DNA from: Terriglobia bacterium
GTDB lineage: Bacteria; Acidobacteriota; Terriglobia; JAJPHL01; JAPKYU01
Assembly: GCA_965223005.1 (NCBI GenBank)
Contig: CBDCVK010000010.1
Span: 32,001-96,000, forward strand
Length of the DNA stretch: 64,000 bases
Reading direction: 5' to 3'
This document shows positions 49,026 to 59,152 of this stretch, piece after piece. The first letter of the stretch is position 1; each line of letters opens with the position of its first letter. Both the position numbers and the translations under genes were made by a program. A model generated the notes under the pieces. It was not told where the DNA came from and ran no database searches. It worked only from the letters and a program-made list of their open reading frames with translations.

Positions 49026-50174
49026 TTATACCCTACGTGGCTCCGGCTCTGCGTAATCTGCGGATTCTTGTTCAGACATTTTCGTCACTTTTGTTAAAAA
49101 CAGCCGCAATGCGCTTTCAAAACGGAGCCGGGAAAATTGCAGGCTGTTCCTGCGAGCAGCATCTGCGTCGAAGTCCAAATCTTCCAGCGCGGCAACAGCG
49201 GCCGCCAGCGAACTTTCTGTTTGCTCGGAAAAGAAAATCCCGGTTCGGCCGGGTAGGATCGTCTCCAGCGCGCCTCCGTGCCCGTAAGCCACGACCGGCT
49301 TGCCGCAGGCCTGTGCCTCGAGCGGAACGATGCCAAAATCCTCCAGCCCGGGGAAAAGCAGGGCACGACAGGCGCGATAGAGTTCGCGCAGACGCTCGTC
49401 GCTGACCCAGCCGGTGAACTTCACGTTCGGACCGGCGATGCGGCGCAAGGCGCGGGCTTGTGAGCCGCTGCCGGCCACGACCAGCCGCTTTCCCAGCCGG
49501 TTCATCGCGCGGATGGCCAGATCCACGCGCTTGTACGGCTCCAGCGCCGCAACCACCAAAAAATAGCGGCCAGTTGAAGTCGGGTTGCCCGGGCCCGGCG
49601 TAAAAAACTCCGTATCCACCGGGGGATGCAGCACAACCGAGTGACGCCCGTAGAGTTTCCAAATTCGTTGCCGCACGTTTTCCGAATTGGCCAAGAACTG
49701 CATGACCCCGTGGCTGGAACGCAAATCCCACTTGCGCAGGTTCCCCTGCCAGGCCCCCAGAAGCAGCTTGCGCAGCCGGCGTAGCGGCCCGAACTGAAAG
49801 TAGTCTGCCGAGGTGTCCCAGAGGTAGCGCATCGGCGTGTGGCAGTAGCAGAGGTGGGGAACGCCGGCCGGGACACGGACTCCCTTGGCGACGGCGTGGC
49901 TGCTGCTGAGCACCAAGTCGTAACCCCGCAGATCGAAGCCTTCCACCGCCGCCGGCGCCAGCGGCAGCAGGTAGCGATAGTAACGCCCGACACCTGGCAG
50001 CTGGTTCAGCCAGGAAACAATGACCTGGTGGCCGGCCACCAACTGGCCCACTTTTTCCGGGAGATAGAACAGCGTGAACAGGTCGGCGCCTGGCAGGAGG
50101 CGGCAGAACGACTCCAACACCTTTTCGCCGCCCCGCCTACCGGTCAGCCAGTCGTGGACGATGGCCACTTTCAT
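49026..50174 (-). CDS. Glycosyltransferase family 4 (WbaZ-like)
   Basis: MKVAIVHDWL...GGEKVL, YCHTPMRY, YKRVDL, EDFGIVPLEAQACGKPV. Confidence 0.92.
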   Translation of the reverse strand: MKVAIVHDWLTGRRGGEKVLESFCRLLPGADLFTLFYLPEKVGQLVAGHQVIVSWLNQLPGVGRYYRYLLPLAPAAVEGFDLRGYDLVLSSSHAVAKGVRVPAGVPHLCYCHTPMRYLWDTSADYFQFGPLRRLRKLLLGAWQGNLRKWDLRSSHGVMQFLANSENVRQRIWKLYGRHSVVLHPPVDTEFFTPGPGNPTSTGRYFLVVAALEPYKRVDLAIRAMNRLGKRLVVAGSGSQARALRRIAGPNVKFTGWVSDERLRELYRACRALLFPGLEDFGIVPLEAQACGKPVVAYGHGGALETILPGRTGIFFSEQTESSLAAAVAALEDLDFDADAARRNSLQFSRLRFESALRLFLTKVTKMSEQESADYAEPEPRRV

Positions 50175-50182
50175 GGCCACCT

Positions 50183-51103
50183 TCAGGGAACGCCAACGTG
50201 TGTGTGGTTCTCTTGGGAGGACCTGACCCGAACTTCGCCGGCGCCCCGCTCCGGAGCCCAGTTCCACACCCAGGTTTCGTAGAGAAGACTGCCCAAAAAC
50301 CCCAGCAATGCCGCTAGCAGGACATTCAATCCCAGGCGCGGGCCGTTGGGATGGGAAGGAACAATCCCCGAATCGGCGAGGAGCAGCTCTTCTTGGCGGG
50401 CGGCCATGTCGAGCTCGGCTTGGCTGGCGCGCTTGCTGTGGGATACTATGGCACTCTCCGCCAACGAGTAGTTGAGCTCCAGCTCCTTGCGGCGCAACTT
50501 GGGAGGAGCCGCATCGGCGCGGCTGGTGCGCTGGAATTTTTCCAGCGCCTCTTGCGTTTCGCCCAACCGGGCGAGGAGCCGTTCCTGCTCTTTTTCAAAC
50601 TGCTGCGCCGCCCGTTGCGCTTCCGCCGAGTTCATTGCCGCAATCGACTGGGCAGCCAGGCGTGCCAAGCTGAGGGCAACTTCGTGCGCCTTCTGTGGAT
50701 TCGGAAGACGAACACGCACCTTCAGAATCTTCGTGTTTTTCAGCAGGGTGACGTTCAGCGCCGAGCCGCGGAAACTGTCCACAGTGTAGCCGTAGGGAGG
50801 CTGGTCCAGCTGGGCCTGGCGAATCAGGCGATCCAGCAATCCATCACTCTGCAGAACATGCTCATAGCTCCGCAAGTACTGCAAGTAGGTATGGTTTACG
50901 AAGGCAGGGAAGCTCGCCTCGCTGCCAGCCCGCTGGATGATTGCAGGTTGGATCACCAGCGTGCCGGTCGCCTCGTACGTTTTTGGCAACAGCAGGCTCA
51001 CGGCCAGGGCGACGGCTGAGGCCGCCGCAACCAAGAGCGCCATGCGCTTCCAGCGGCCCAGCATAACCCGCAGATACGCCATCAGTTCAAAAGGAGCGGG
51101 CAT
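50183..51103 (-). CDS. Wzz-type chain-length determinant
   Basis: TM-PKTYEA, coiled-coil middle, P..P..P then C-terminal TM. Confidence 0.8.
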   Translation of the reverse strand: MPAPFELMAYLRVMLGRWKRMALLVAAASAVALAVSLLLPKTYEATGTLVIQPAIIQRAGSEASFPAFVNHTYLQYLRSYEHVLQSDGLLDRLIRQAQLDQPPYGYTVDSFRGSALNVTLLKNTKILKVRVRLPNPQKAHEVALSLARLAAQSIAAMNSAEAQRAAQQFEKEQERLLARLGETQEALEKFQRTSRADAAPPKLRRKELELNYSLAESAIVSHSKRASQAELDMAARQEELLLADSGIVPSHPNGPRLGLNVLLAALLGFLGSLLYETWVWNWAPERGAGEVRVRSSQENHTHVGVP

Positions 51104-52130
51104 GATCACGGACCTCGGGAATCGCCTCGGGAGCTCTGGTGGCCGAAGGCAAGGTTGGCGCCACGGTCGCAGCGCGCCGCCGTAGCGCACGCAGGGGCGT
51201 TCGCAGCAGAATTTTCAAGTCCAAACTCAGCGACCAGTTCCGCAAATAGTACAGGTCGTACTCCAGCCGCCGCGAAATATCGCTGGCGCCGGTGAGCCCG
51301 TGAATCTGGGCCCATCCCGTGATCCCCGGTTTCAGCCGCTGGCGCAGCGAGTAGCTTTCCAGAGCCTGACCGAAGCCCTCGGCAAAATGAGGGCGCTCAG
51401 GGCGCGGCCCAACCACGCTCATCTCGCCGCGCAGCACGTTCCAACACTGCGGCCATTCATCCAGGCCCAGGCGACGCAGGACTCGTCCCAGGGAGCCGGC
51501 TTCGGGCGGAGCAGTGTCGCTCCAGCGATGCTCGCTCATGTCCGGCGGTCCTACCGGCAGGGTCCGGAACTTGTACAGGGTGAACGATCGACCGTTCCAG
51601 CCGATTCGTTCCTGCGCAAAAAGCGCCGGCCCGGGAGAGGAAGCTTTGATCGCCAGCGCAATCGCGGCAGCCAGCGGGGCGCCCAGAACCAAGGCGGCTG
51701 AGGCGATCACGATGTCCAGCGCCCGTTTGAGCACTGCGTAGGAAAAACGCCTGCCGGGGAACAAACCCACATCCACCACCAACAGGTCTTCCTTGCGACG
51801 CACCGCCGCAGCGCCGGGCAACTCCAGCGCCACGCGAACCGGAACCGGAAGGGACTGCAAGGCTTCTAGCACCGCGGGTAGGCAGGAAATTTCTTCCGCC
51901 GAAGGCGCCACTAGGATTTCGTCCCAGCAGCGTGTGTTGCGCAGGGCGCGAATCTCCTGATCCTGGTCTGCGCGCAAGAATTCCACGTGCGCCCGAGCGG
52001 GGAGCAGTTGCAAAATGCATGGGTGGCTCCCAATGACAACCACCTGAGTTGGCTGGCGCCGCACAATTCGTTGGCGGAGACCCGTCAGGTGGAGGGCCGA
52101 AGCAAGGGAATGCAGGCGCCGCAGAAGCAT
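51087..52130 (-). CDS. Priming phosphoglycosyltransferase (WcaJ/WbaP-like)
   Basis: KRALDI, QERIG, YKFRT, LDEWPQ.WNVL.GEMSVVGPRPE, KPGITGWAQ, DLYY..NWSL.LD.KI. Confidence 0.92.
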   Translation of the reverse strand: MLLRRLHSLASALHLTGLRQRIVRRQPTQVVVIGSHPCILQLLPARAHVEFLRADQDQEIRALRNTRCWDEILVAPSAEEISCLPAVLEALQSLPVPVRVALELPGAAAVRRKEDLLVVDVGLFPGRRFSYAVLKRALDIVIASAALVLGAPLAAAIALAIKASSPGPALFAQERIGWNGRSFTLYKFRTLPVGPPDMSEHRWSDTAPPEAGSLGRVLRRLGLDEWPQCWNVLRGEMSVVGPRPERPHFAEGFGQALESYSLRQRLKPGITGWAQIHGLTGASDISRRLEYDLYYLRNWSLSLDLKILLRTPLRALRRRAATVAPTLPSATRAPEAIPEVRDHARSF

Positions 52131-52222
52131 GGTGCCGGACCGGAAGCAGTCACGAATTACTTGACCAGAAGACGCAAACCACAATATACCGGCAAGGGCG
52201 GCAAATCAACGAGTTGTTGATC

Positions 52223-54091
52223 GTGCAAACGGACCGGCAAGCGGTTGAGAAACAGGCGGCAGCGGCCTTCTGGACGCTGGCGAGCGTGGTGGTCGTGGTC
52301 CCGCTGGCCCTGGCTCCGGGCCTGCAATTTTTCGACGTTACCCCGAAATTACTGGTCTTACTGGCAGGCGCCTGCGTCGTCTGGGTGTCGCTGGCGGTCG
52401 AAGGTCGGGTCCCGTCTTTTGGTGGGCAGGCAGGCAGATTCTTGGGGCTGCTGGCGGCGCTGGCTGCCATGGGTGTACTGGCCACCATTTTTTCGCACAA
52501 CCGCGTGCTGTCGCTGGTCGGGAGTGAATGGCGGCGTATGGGCCTGCCGGCTTGGCTGGCGTGCCTGGCAGTGGCGGCAGCGGTCCCTGTAGTGATCGGC
52601 GAGGACAGCGCGCGGCGACGCCGTCTGCTGACGGCCTGGGTGCTGGCAGCCGTCGCCGCGGCCACCTACAGCTTTGCGCAATACTTTGGATGGGATCCCT
52701 GGATCTCATCCGCGCTCTACCACATCGGCGAAGGCGAGTGGCAAATCGTGAGGCCGCCGGCGACGCTGGGCTACGTGAGTTACCTGGCCGCCTTCTTGCT
52801 GCCGGCAGGGTTTGTCTCGGTGGGCCTGGCCATGTCGGGGACCGCGGCCCGGGCGCGACTCGCCTGGGGTGCGGCGGCTGCCGCACTGGCGCTGGCGCTG
52901 GTGATCTCTGGCAGTCGAGGCGCGTGGTTGGGCGCGGCGGCTGGTGTGGTCGTGTTACTGGCCTGCGCCAAGCGTCGCCGTCCTGTGCTGCTGGGCCTGC
53001 TGGGGGTGACCGCGCTGGCCGCCGTCTTTGTGCTCTCTCCCCCCGGACAGCGGGTGCGCAGCCGACTGCGCTGGTTTGTGGAAGACCCGGCGGGCGGGGC
53101 GCGCCTGCTGCTCTGGCGCGATTCGCTGCGCATGGCCCGCGCTCATCCCTTGCTGGGGACGGGGCTCGACACTTTCGAACTCAGCTTCCTGAAGTTTCAC
53201 TCGCTGGAGCTCGCCCGGCGGGACCCGGACCGGTACGCCGAATCGCCCCACAATGTCTTTCTCGACTACCTGACTTCCGCGGGTCTGCCGGCGATGTTGC
53301 TGTTTGCCGCGCTGATGGGAATGGCGCTACGCAACTTCGGCATGTCCTCCCGCGCCGTTTCGTCACGCGAAGCCGCGCTGGAGGTTGCCTTGTTGGCCGC
53401 GCTGGTTGCTGGGCTGGTGAGTGCCCAATTCATTGCCGACACGATTCCCACGAGGCTCACTCTGTTGCTATTGGCCGCGCTGTCGGTTTCCGTACCTGCC
53501 ACCACTGCCCGGCTCGGGGCGCGAACCGTGGTGGCGGCGGTGGCCGTTGCTGGCTTGGCCTTGGTGGTCGTCTTCGGGGTGCAGTTGGTGCGCGCCGATC
53601 GCGCCGTGTGGAGGGCAATGCAAGCGCGGGAGGGCGGCGATCTGGACACCCTGCTCCGAGCCGGAACCGCCGCGCGTTACGCCTTTCCCTGGACCGGCAC
53701 TTATCCGTTTGCTTACTCGCGCGCCCTGGGTCGCGTGGTGATCCGGAGCAGCCTGCAACCGGCGCAACGCGGCCTGTTGCTGGCTCTGGCCGAGGATTCC
53801 GCGCAGGCTGCGCTGTCCCATTCCGGCCGCCCGCAGATGGTGCAGGTGCACCTGGCCTCGCTGTACGTGTTGCAAGGCAAAGCGGAGCAAGCGCGAGCGG
53901 CCTTGGAGGAAGCTATCCGCGCCGCTCCCGCCTGGTATCGGCCGCGCTGGTTGCTGGCGGCCCTGCTGGCCGAGCAAGGCCGCTATGTCGAGGCAGCCGC
54001 GCAGGCCGGCGCTGCCTTGGACCGCGGTGCCCGCAGACATCCCGAGATTGCTCGGCAGTGCCTGGAAATTCAGCAACTGTCGGCACGCTGA
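52223..54091 (+). CDS. O-antigen-ligase-family protein with C-terminal TPR (start uncertain)
   Basis: PPATLGY, SGSRGAW, R.LLW, HPLLGTG, PHNVFLD, TPR-like C-terminus. Confidence 0.82.
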   Translation: MQTDRQAVEKQAAAAFWTLASVVVVVPLALAPGLQFFDVTPKLLVLLAGACVVWVSLAVEGRVPSFGGQAGRFLGLLAALAAMGVLATIFSHNRVLSLVGSEWRRMGLPAWLACLAVAAAVPVVIGEDSARRRRLLTAWVLAAVAAATYSFAQYFGWDPWISSALYHIGEGEWQIVRPPATLGYVSYLAAFLLPAGFVSVGLAMSGTAARARLAWGAAAAALALALVISGSRGAWLGAAAGVVVLLACAKRRRPVLLGLLGVTALAAVFVLSPPGQRVRSRLRWFVEDPAGGARLLLWRDSLRMARAHPLLGTGLDTFELSFLKFHSLELARRDPDRYAESPHNVFLDYLTSAGLPAMLLFAALMGMALRNFGMSSRAVSSREAALEVALLAALVAGLVSAQFIADTIPTRLTLLLLAALSVSVPATTARLGARTVVAAVAVAGLALVVVFGVQLVRADRAVWRAMQAREGGDLDTLLRAGTAARYAFPWTGTYPFAYSRALGRVVIRSSLQPAQRGLLLALAEDSAQAALSHSGRPQMVQVHLASLYVLQGKAEQARAALEEAIRAAPAWYRPRWLLAALLAEQGRYVEAAAQAGAALDRGARRHPEIARQCLEIQQLSAR

Positions 54092-54170
54092 CGTTACACG
54101 GTTGTGTGGTTATGAGCCTTTTCTGATGTTGATTCTGCACTTGGGTTGGGTAAGAATTAGGATCAGCGGT

Positions 54171-54992
54171 ATGCGTGCCTACCTCGTCGCTGGGTTGCTC
54201 CTGTTGCTGGGGACTACCTCCGCCCCGGATTCCCTCTGGGCACAAGCGCCCGACTTGCCGCCGAGCTCAGTAGTGAACGGCGCCAGTTTTCGCGCGGCAG
54301 CCGATCCCAATGGAGCCGTGGCCCCGGGCGCGATAGTGGCCATCTTCGGGGCGAACCTGGCCGGCGAAACCCAGCTGGCAATGAGCGTGCCGCTCTCCAC
54401 CCGGCTGCCCGACACGCCGGAGGGTACAAGGGTGACCTTCACTGTCGGGAATACAGATTTTGACGCTCCCCTGTTTTTCGTTTCGGCTGGCCAGATGAAC
54501 GCGCAGGTACCATTTGAGGTGACGGCCGGCGCCGCCTCGGTGCGGGTGCAGCGAGGCAGCGAAACCAGCGCCACGCAGTCGGTTCAGGTGGCGAATGTTT
54601 CCCCCGGCATTTTCACCGTCAACCAGCAGGGCACCGGTGCGGGGGCGATCTTGCATGCCGATACCTTCCAAGCCGTCAGCGAAAGCGACCCGGCGCGGCC
54701 GGGCGAGTTCCTGCTTATTTTTTGTACCGGCCTGGGCCCGGTGGACCCCTCCGTGCCGTCCGGCGATCTGGCTCCCAGCACTGAGCCACTAGCACGCACC
54801 GTTAATGTCCCCATGGTGAACATCGGCGGGATGCCTGCCCAGGTCACCTTTTCCGGCCTGGCCCCGGGATTCGTGGGCCTGTACCAGGTGAACTTGCAAG
54901 TACCGCAGGGGATCCCGTCGGGCGCGCAAGAGATCGAGATCGTCATCAACGGCGTGCCCAGCAGGGAAAACGTCACCATCGCCGCGCAATAG
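54171..54992 (+). CDS. Stand-alone TIGR03437 (Soli_cterm)-like exported protein
   Basis: Signal peptide, VVNGASF, VAPGAIVAIFG.NL, APLFFVSAGQMNAQVPFE, SPGIF, GLAPGFVGLYQVN. Confidence 0.85.
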   Translation: MRAYLVAGLLLLLGTTSAPDSLWAQAPDLPPSSVVNGASFRAAADPNGAVAPGAIVAIFGANLAGETQLAMSVPLSTRLPDTPEGTRVTFTVGNTDFDAPLFFVSAGQMNAQVPFEVTAGAASVRVQRGSETSATQSVQVANVSPGIFTVNQQGTGAGAILHADTFQAVSESDPARPGEFLLIFCTGLGPVDPSVPSGDLAPSTEPLARTVNVPMVNIGGMPAQVTFSGLAPGFVGLYQVNLQVPQGIPSGAQEIEIVINGVPSRENVTIAAQ

Positions 54993-55183
54993 TCGTCTGG
55001 ACAGTTTCTTTGGTGGTCTTGGCGGTGGCCTGGGCACTGCTTGCCTAGAAGTTCCTTTCAGCAGGGACCGATCTGCCGGAGAAACGTGAAAAGATCATGG
55101 CCGCAGCCAGTACCATGTCGATTGTCAACGCCTTGAAAAGGCGTGGCGCCTACGCGCCACGTGGACGATGTGAGGGAGGTATC

Positions 55184-57460
55184 ATGCGCCGTTTTGCAGT
55201 CATCGTTCTGCTTGGTCTTATGCAGGTTCTCCTTGTACACGCGCAGGACAACCCATCCCAGCCGCTCACCGGGTACTCGAATGACGCGGCTCACGCCCAG
55301 CGCGAATGGGAAAGGAAATTTCGCGCGATTCCCGTTCCAGAGAACTTGCGAGAGTATATGAAGCGGCTCTCGGCCCGGCCGCATCACCTGGGCTCGCCCT
55401 ACGGCAAGGAAAACGCCGAGTGGATTCTTGCCAAATTCAAAGAATGGGGACTGGACGCTCACATAGAGACGTTTGACGTGCTTTTCCCCACACCCAAGAA
55501 ACGCGTGGTGGAACTGGTCGAACCCATCAAGTTTGTCGCCAAGCTCCGCGAGCCGACAGTCCCGGTTGATCCCACTTCTAGCCAGCACGACGAACAATTG
55601 CCGACTTACAATGCCTACTCCGCGGATGGAGATGTGACGGCGCCGCTCGTCTATGTCAACTATGGCATTCCGGAAGATTACGAGAGGCTCGAGCGCCTGG
55701 GGATCTCCGTCAAAGGTGCAATTGTCATTGCCCGCTACGGGGCTTCGTGGCGCGGGCTCAAACCCAAGCTTGCGGCGGAACACGGCGCGGTCGGCTGTCT
55801 GCTTTACTCCGATCCCCGCGAGGATGGGTACTTCCGGGGAGACGTCTTCCCCGATGGCGCCTGGCGTCCGCCAGGCGGAGTACAACGCGGCAGCGTTATG
55901 GATATGTCGCTTTATCCCGGCGATCCTTTGACCCCAGGTACGGGCGCAACCGCGGAGGCGAAGCGGTTGGCAATCAGCGAGGCGAAGACCCTGATGCGGA
56001 TTCCAGTCCTGCCAATCTCTTATAGTGATGCGCAGCCTCTGCTTGCCGCGCTCAAAGGGCCTGTTGCTCCCGAGCAATGGCGCGGTGCGCTGCCGATTAC
56101 CTATCACGTCGGCCCAGGCCCCGCTAAAGTGCACCTGGAGGTGAAAGCGAGCTGGGATATCAAGACAATCTACAATGTCATCTCTAGGATTCCGGGGTCG
56201 GTTTATCCCGACGAATGGATTGTTCGCGGCAACCATCACGACGCCTGGGTGAACGGAGCAGTAGATCCGGTTGCGGGTCTGGTGGCTATGCTGGAAGAAG
56301 CCCGCTCTCTCGGGGAGCTACTCAAGCAAGGCTGGAAACCCAAGCGGACCATCATCTATTGCGCCTGGGATGGCGAAGAGCAGGGACTCCTCGGCTCGAC
56401 GGAGTGGGCCGAAACGCACCGGGACGAACTGCTTCGCCATGCCGTGGCATATATCAACACCGACCCCAACAGTCGCGGCTATTTCCGCGTGCGGGGATCC
56501 CACACACTAGAGAAATTCATCAACGGGGTTGCGCGAGACATCGTGGACCCTGAAAAGAAGATTTCCGTCTGGAAGCGGAGGCAATTAACGCTCATCGCTG
56601 ATTCCAAGTCGCGGGAAGACCGAGAGGAAGCGCGACACAGACCCGACTGGAGAATTGGCGCCTTAGGTTCTGGGTCCGATTTCACGGTCTTTCTTGATCA
56701 TTTAGGCATTGCCTCGCTATACCTTTGGTACGGCGGAGACGACTGGGGTGGTGGTGTCTATCATTCCATCTACGACGATTTCTACTGGTACACGCGCTAT
56801 TCGGACACCGACTTTACCTACGGGCGCGCGCTGGCGCAAACTGCGGGCACCGCGGTGATGCGCCTAGCCGACGCCGAGTTATTACCCTATAACTTCACAA
56901 ACTTTGCCGATACGGTCCGCAAGTATACGGAAGAACTGAAGAAACTCCTGAAAACCACCCGGGACGAAGTCCGCGAGCGCAACGAACAGATTGCAGAGGG
57001 GGTTTTCCAGGCTACAGCCGATCCCAAGAAGACTTTTGTTGCTCCCTCCATGGAGGAAATCCCACCACACTTGAACTTCGCTCCACTTGAGAACGCCGTG
57101 GACGCACTCACCCGCAGCGCTGCGCACTACGAAAAGGCTTTGTCGAAAGCCCAGGAAAACGGTGGGACTGCGCTGAATCGTGCTTCGTTCCGAGGAGTGA
57201 ATGCAAAACTTATTGAGAGCGAGCGCAGGCTAACAAGTGCCGAAGGGCTACCCGGACGTCCGTGGTACAAGCATTTAATTTATGCACCCGGCCTTTACAC
57301 CGGGTACGCCGTGAAGACGCTCCCGGGCGTGCGCGAAGCAATCGAGCAGAAGAAATGGGAGGAGGCTGACGCGCAGCTTGTACGGGTGGGAAAGATCCTG
57401 GAGGATGAGGCGAGGTTGATTGAATCGGCTGCGAATGAGTTAGAGATGATCGCAAAGTGA
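55184..57460 (+). CDS. M28 glutamate carboxypeptidase II-like peptidase (PA + M28 + TfR dimer)
   Basis: YVNYG..EDY, VQRGSV, GNHHDAW, WDGEEQGLLGSTE, LGSGSDF, YHSIYD, GLPGRPWYKH.IYAPG. Confidence 0.93.
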   Translation: MRRFAVIVLLGLMQVLLVHAQDNPSQPLTGYSNDAAHAQREWERKFRAIPVPENLREYMKRLSARPHHLGSPYGKENAEWILAKFKEWGLDAHIETFDVLFPTPKKRVVELVEPIKFVAKLREPTVPVDPTSSQHDEQLPTYNAYSADGDVTAPLVYVNYGIPEDYERLERLGISVKGAIVIARYGASWRGLKPKLAAEHGAVGCLLYSDPREDGYFRGDVFPDGAWRPPGGVQRGSVMDMSLYPGDPLTPGTGATAEAKRLAISEAKTLMRIPVLPISYSDAQPLLAALKGPVAPEQWRGALPITYHVGPGPAKVHLEVKASWDIKTIYNVISRIPGSVYPDEWIVRGNHHDAWVNGAVDPVAGLVAMLEEARSLGELLKQGWKPKRTIIYCAWDGEEQGLLGSTEWAETHRDELLRHAVAYINTDPNSRGYFRVRGSHTLEKFINGVARDIVDPEKKISVWKRRQLTLIADSKSREDREEARHRPDWRIGALGSGSDFTVFLDHLGIASLYLWYGGDDWGGGVYHSIYDDFYWYTRYSDTDFTYGRALAQTAGTAVMRLADAELLPYNFTNFADTVRKYTEELKKLLKTTRDEVRERNEQIAEGVFQATADPKKTFVAPSMEEIPPHLNFAPLENAVDALTRSAAHYEKALSKAQENGGTALNRASFRGVNAKLIESERRLTSAEGLPGRPWYKHLIYAPGLYTGYAVKTLPGVREAIEQKKWEEADAQLVRVGKILEDEARLIESAANELEMIAK

Positions 57461-57565
57461 TTCCTTTGATAGCGAGCCCGGACTGGATCATGAGCCGCCA
57501 CGTTGGCTTGGATGGGGGCGGAGCCTGAGATGTGCCGAAGGTTTGAGATCCCTTAAGGAAGGACC

Positions 57566-57976
57566 ATGGCCAAAGCAAAAAGCAGAGCACCTGTGCGCAG
57601 CTCGGCCGCCTTGGCGGAACTCACCCGCGCCAAGAACCTGCAGCGGCGTGGCTTGCAGGCAGAGGAGGAGATCGCCCGCCTGCTTGAGCCCTTGAAGGAC
57701 AAGCTGAGTGCGCTAGTCCTCGAACGCGACCGTCTCTTCTACGAAGTAATAGTTGCTCGCCAGAAGTTCTTTCAGGCAGTCAAGAAGGCGGATCCTCGCT
57801 TGGTCCATCATCGCAGCCTGCGCTACGAGGAGAAGGGGCAGAACGTCTATGTGGTCTGGGACGAGACGGGGCCACAGTTCTCTACCCACGAAGGGGCTGA
57901 ACTTCCGAACCTGCAGCCGTTCGTGCGCCGCCGACGCGGGCGGCGGGCCCTGGACCTGGCGTTTTGGTTGGGCTAG
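57566..57976 (+). CDS. Hypothetical protein with coiled-coil N-half
   Basis: AAGGA SD, clean ORF, no known motif. Confidence 0.65.
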   Translation: MAKAKSRAPVRSSAALAELTRAKNLQRRGLQAEEEIARLLEPLKDKLSALVLERDRLFYEVIVARQKFFQAVKKADPRLVHHRSLRYEEKGQNVYVVWDETGPQFSTHEGAELPNLQPFVRRRRGRRALDLAFWLG

Positions 57977-57979
57977 GTG

Positions 57980-58735
57980 CTAGGGCAGCGTGACTCGCCC
58001 GCCGCTGACGGCGAGTGTGTGCCCGGTCATGAAGCCAGAGAGGTCGGACAAGAGAAAATACGCCACATTGGAGATGTCCTCCGGTTGCCCGAGGCGCCCC
58101 AGAGGTGTCGCCGCGATTATCCGCTGGGTAGCCTCAGGACCCAACAGGGCGCCCATCTCCGTCTCAATCAAGCCCGGCGCGATGCCGTTTACGCGAACGT
58201 GCGGCGCGAATGCTTCGGCGCAGCACCTGACCAAGGCAATGACGCCAGCCTTGCTGGCGGCGTAATGAATCTGTAGCTTTCTCGGAACCAGAGCAGCGAC
58301 GGAGGATAAGCAAAGGATGCGGCCATACCTGTTGGCCAGCATCTCGTCCTTCACCGCCATGACCGTGAGAAAAACTCCGTCCAGGTTGATCGACAGCGTC
58401 TTCTTCCAGGTCTCCCAGGAAATCTCTTGATGGTTTTCCAGAATACTGAGACCGGCGTTAGCCACTAGCAATCCGATCGGTCCCAACGCCTGGCGCGTTT
58501 TGGCCACCACGGCCTCTACGTCGGCTGGCTGGGAAACGTCTCCCTTGATCAGAAGGCACCGGACCCCCTCCCGCTCGATCAGTTGCTGGGCAGTGCGGGC
58601 CTCTTCGTCCCGCCGGAGGTAGTTGAGAGCAATATCGGCACCGTGCCGAGCCAGTTTCAGTGCGATCGCGCGACCAATCCCTCGCGAGCCTCCGGTGATC
58701 AGTGCGGTCTTGCCCGCGAACTCTTTGCTCGTCAT
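57980..58735 (-). CDS. SDR family oxidoreductase (FabG-like)
   Basis: [34 protein letters not shown]. Confidence 0.93.
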   Translation of the reverse strand: MTSKEFAGKTALITGGSRGIGRAIALKLARHGADIALNYLRRDEEARTAQQLIEREGVRCLLIKGDVSQPADVEAVVAKTRQALGPIGLLVANAGLSILENHQEISWETWKKTLSINLDGVFLTVMAVKDEMLANRYGRILCLSSVAALVPRKLQIHYAASKAGVIALVRCCAEAFAPHVRVNGIAPGLIETEMGALLGPEATQRIIAATPLGRLGQPEDISNVAYFLLSDLSGFMTGHTLAVSGGRVTLP

Positions 58736-58851
58736 TTTGCGATCAGTTCCTTGACTACCTGCCCATGCACGCCGGTAAGCCGGAAATTCCGGCCGCTGTG
58801 GAAACAGGTGAGTAAGGTATGATCCAGGCCCATCAGGTGGAGGATGGTGGC
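58732..58851 (-). pseudogene. 3'-terminal remnant of a DUF1501-family gene
   Basis: [39 protein letters not shown] resembles the DUF1501 C-terminus; its stop overlaps the SDR ATG; no upstream coding part. Confidence 0.75.
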
Positions 58852-59152
58852 ATCAAGTATTACACCCGTTGCCTTCGTCGGAGCGCATAAGCTCAGGATC
58901 AACCGACCATTCTTTGGAAATCCCGGGGCCTGTGTAATTGATTAAACCGGAATTATCGATTTCAGGTTTCCTCGGCTCCAGAATCTATGCCCAGCCGTCA
59001 TGCCGCGTCAAGCTCAAATCTCCAGCGGCAGGGGCGCGAGCAACAGGGAGGAAATCACTGTTAAAGTTCCGGTTGTAGACTCCTGATGCCCAGATCCGCG
59101 GCAGCTAGAAACGCTCGCCGCGCTGATCTCCAACGTCAGTTTCTCGAGGATC

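Noticed and set aside
52528-54126. 532-aa alternative-frame ORF inside the ligase/TPR gene
   Set aside because: Gly/Arg/Ala-rich off-frame product expected from GC-rich codon usage; no domain signal.
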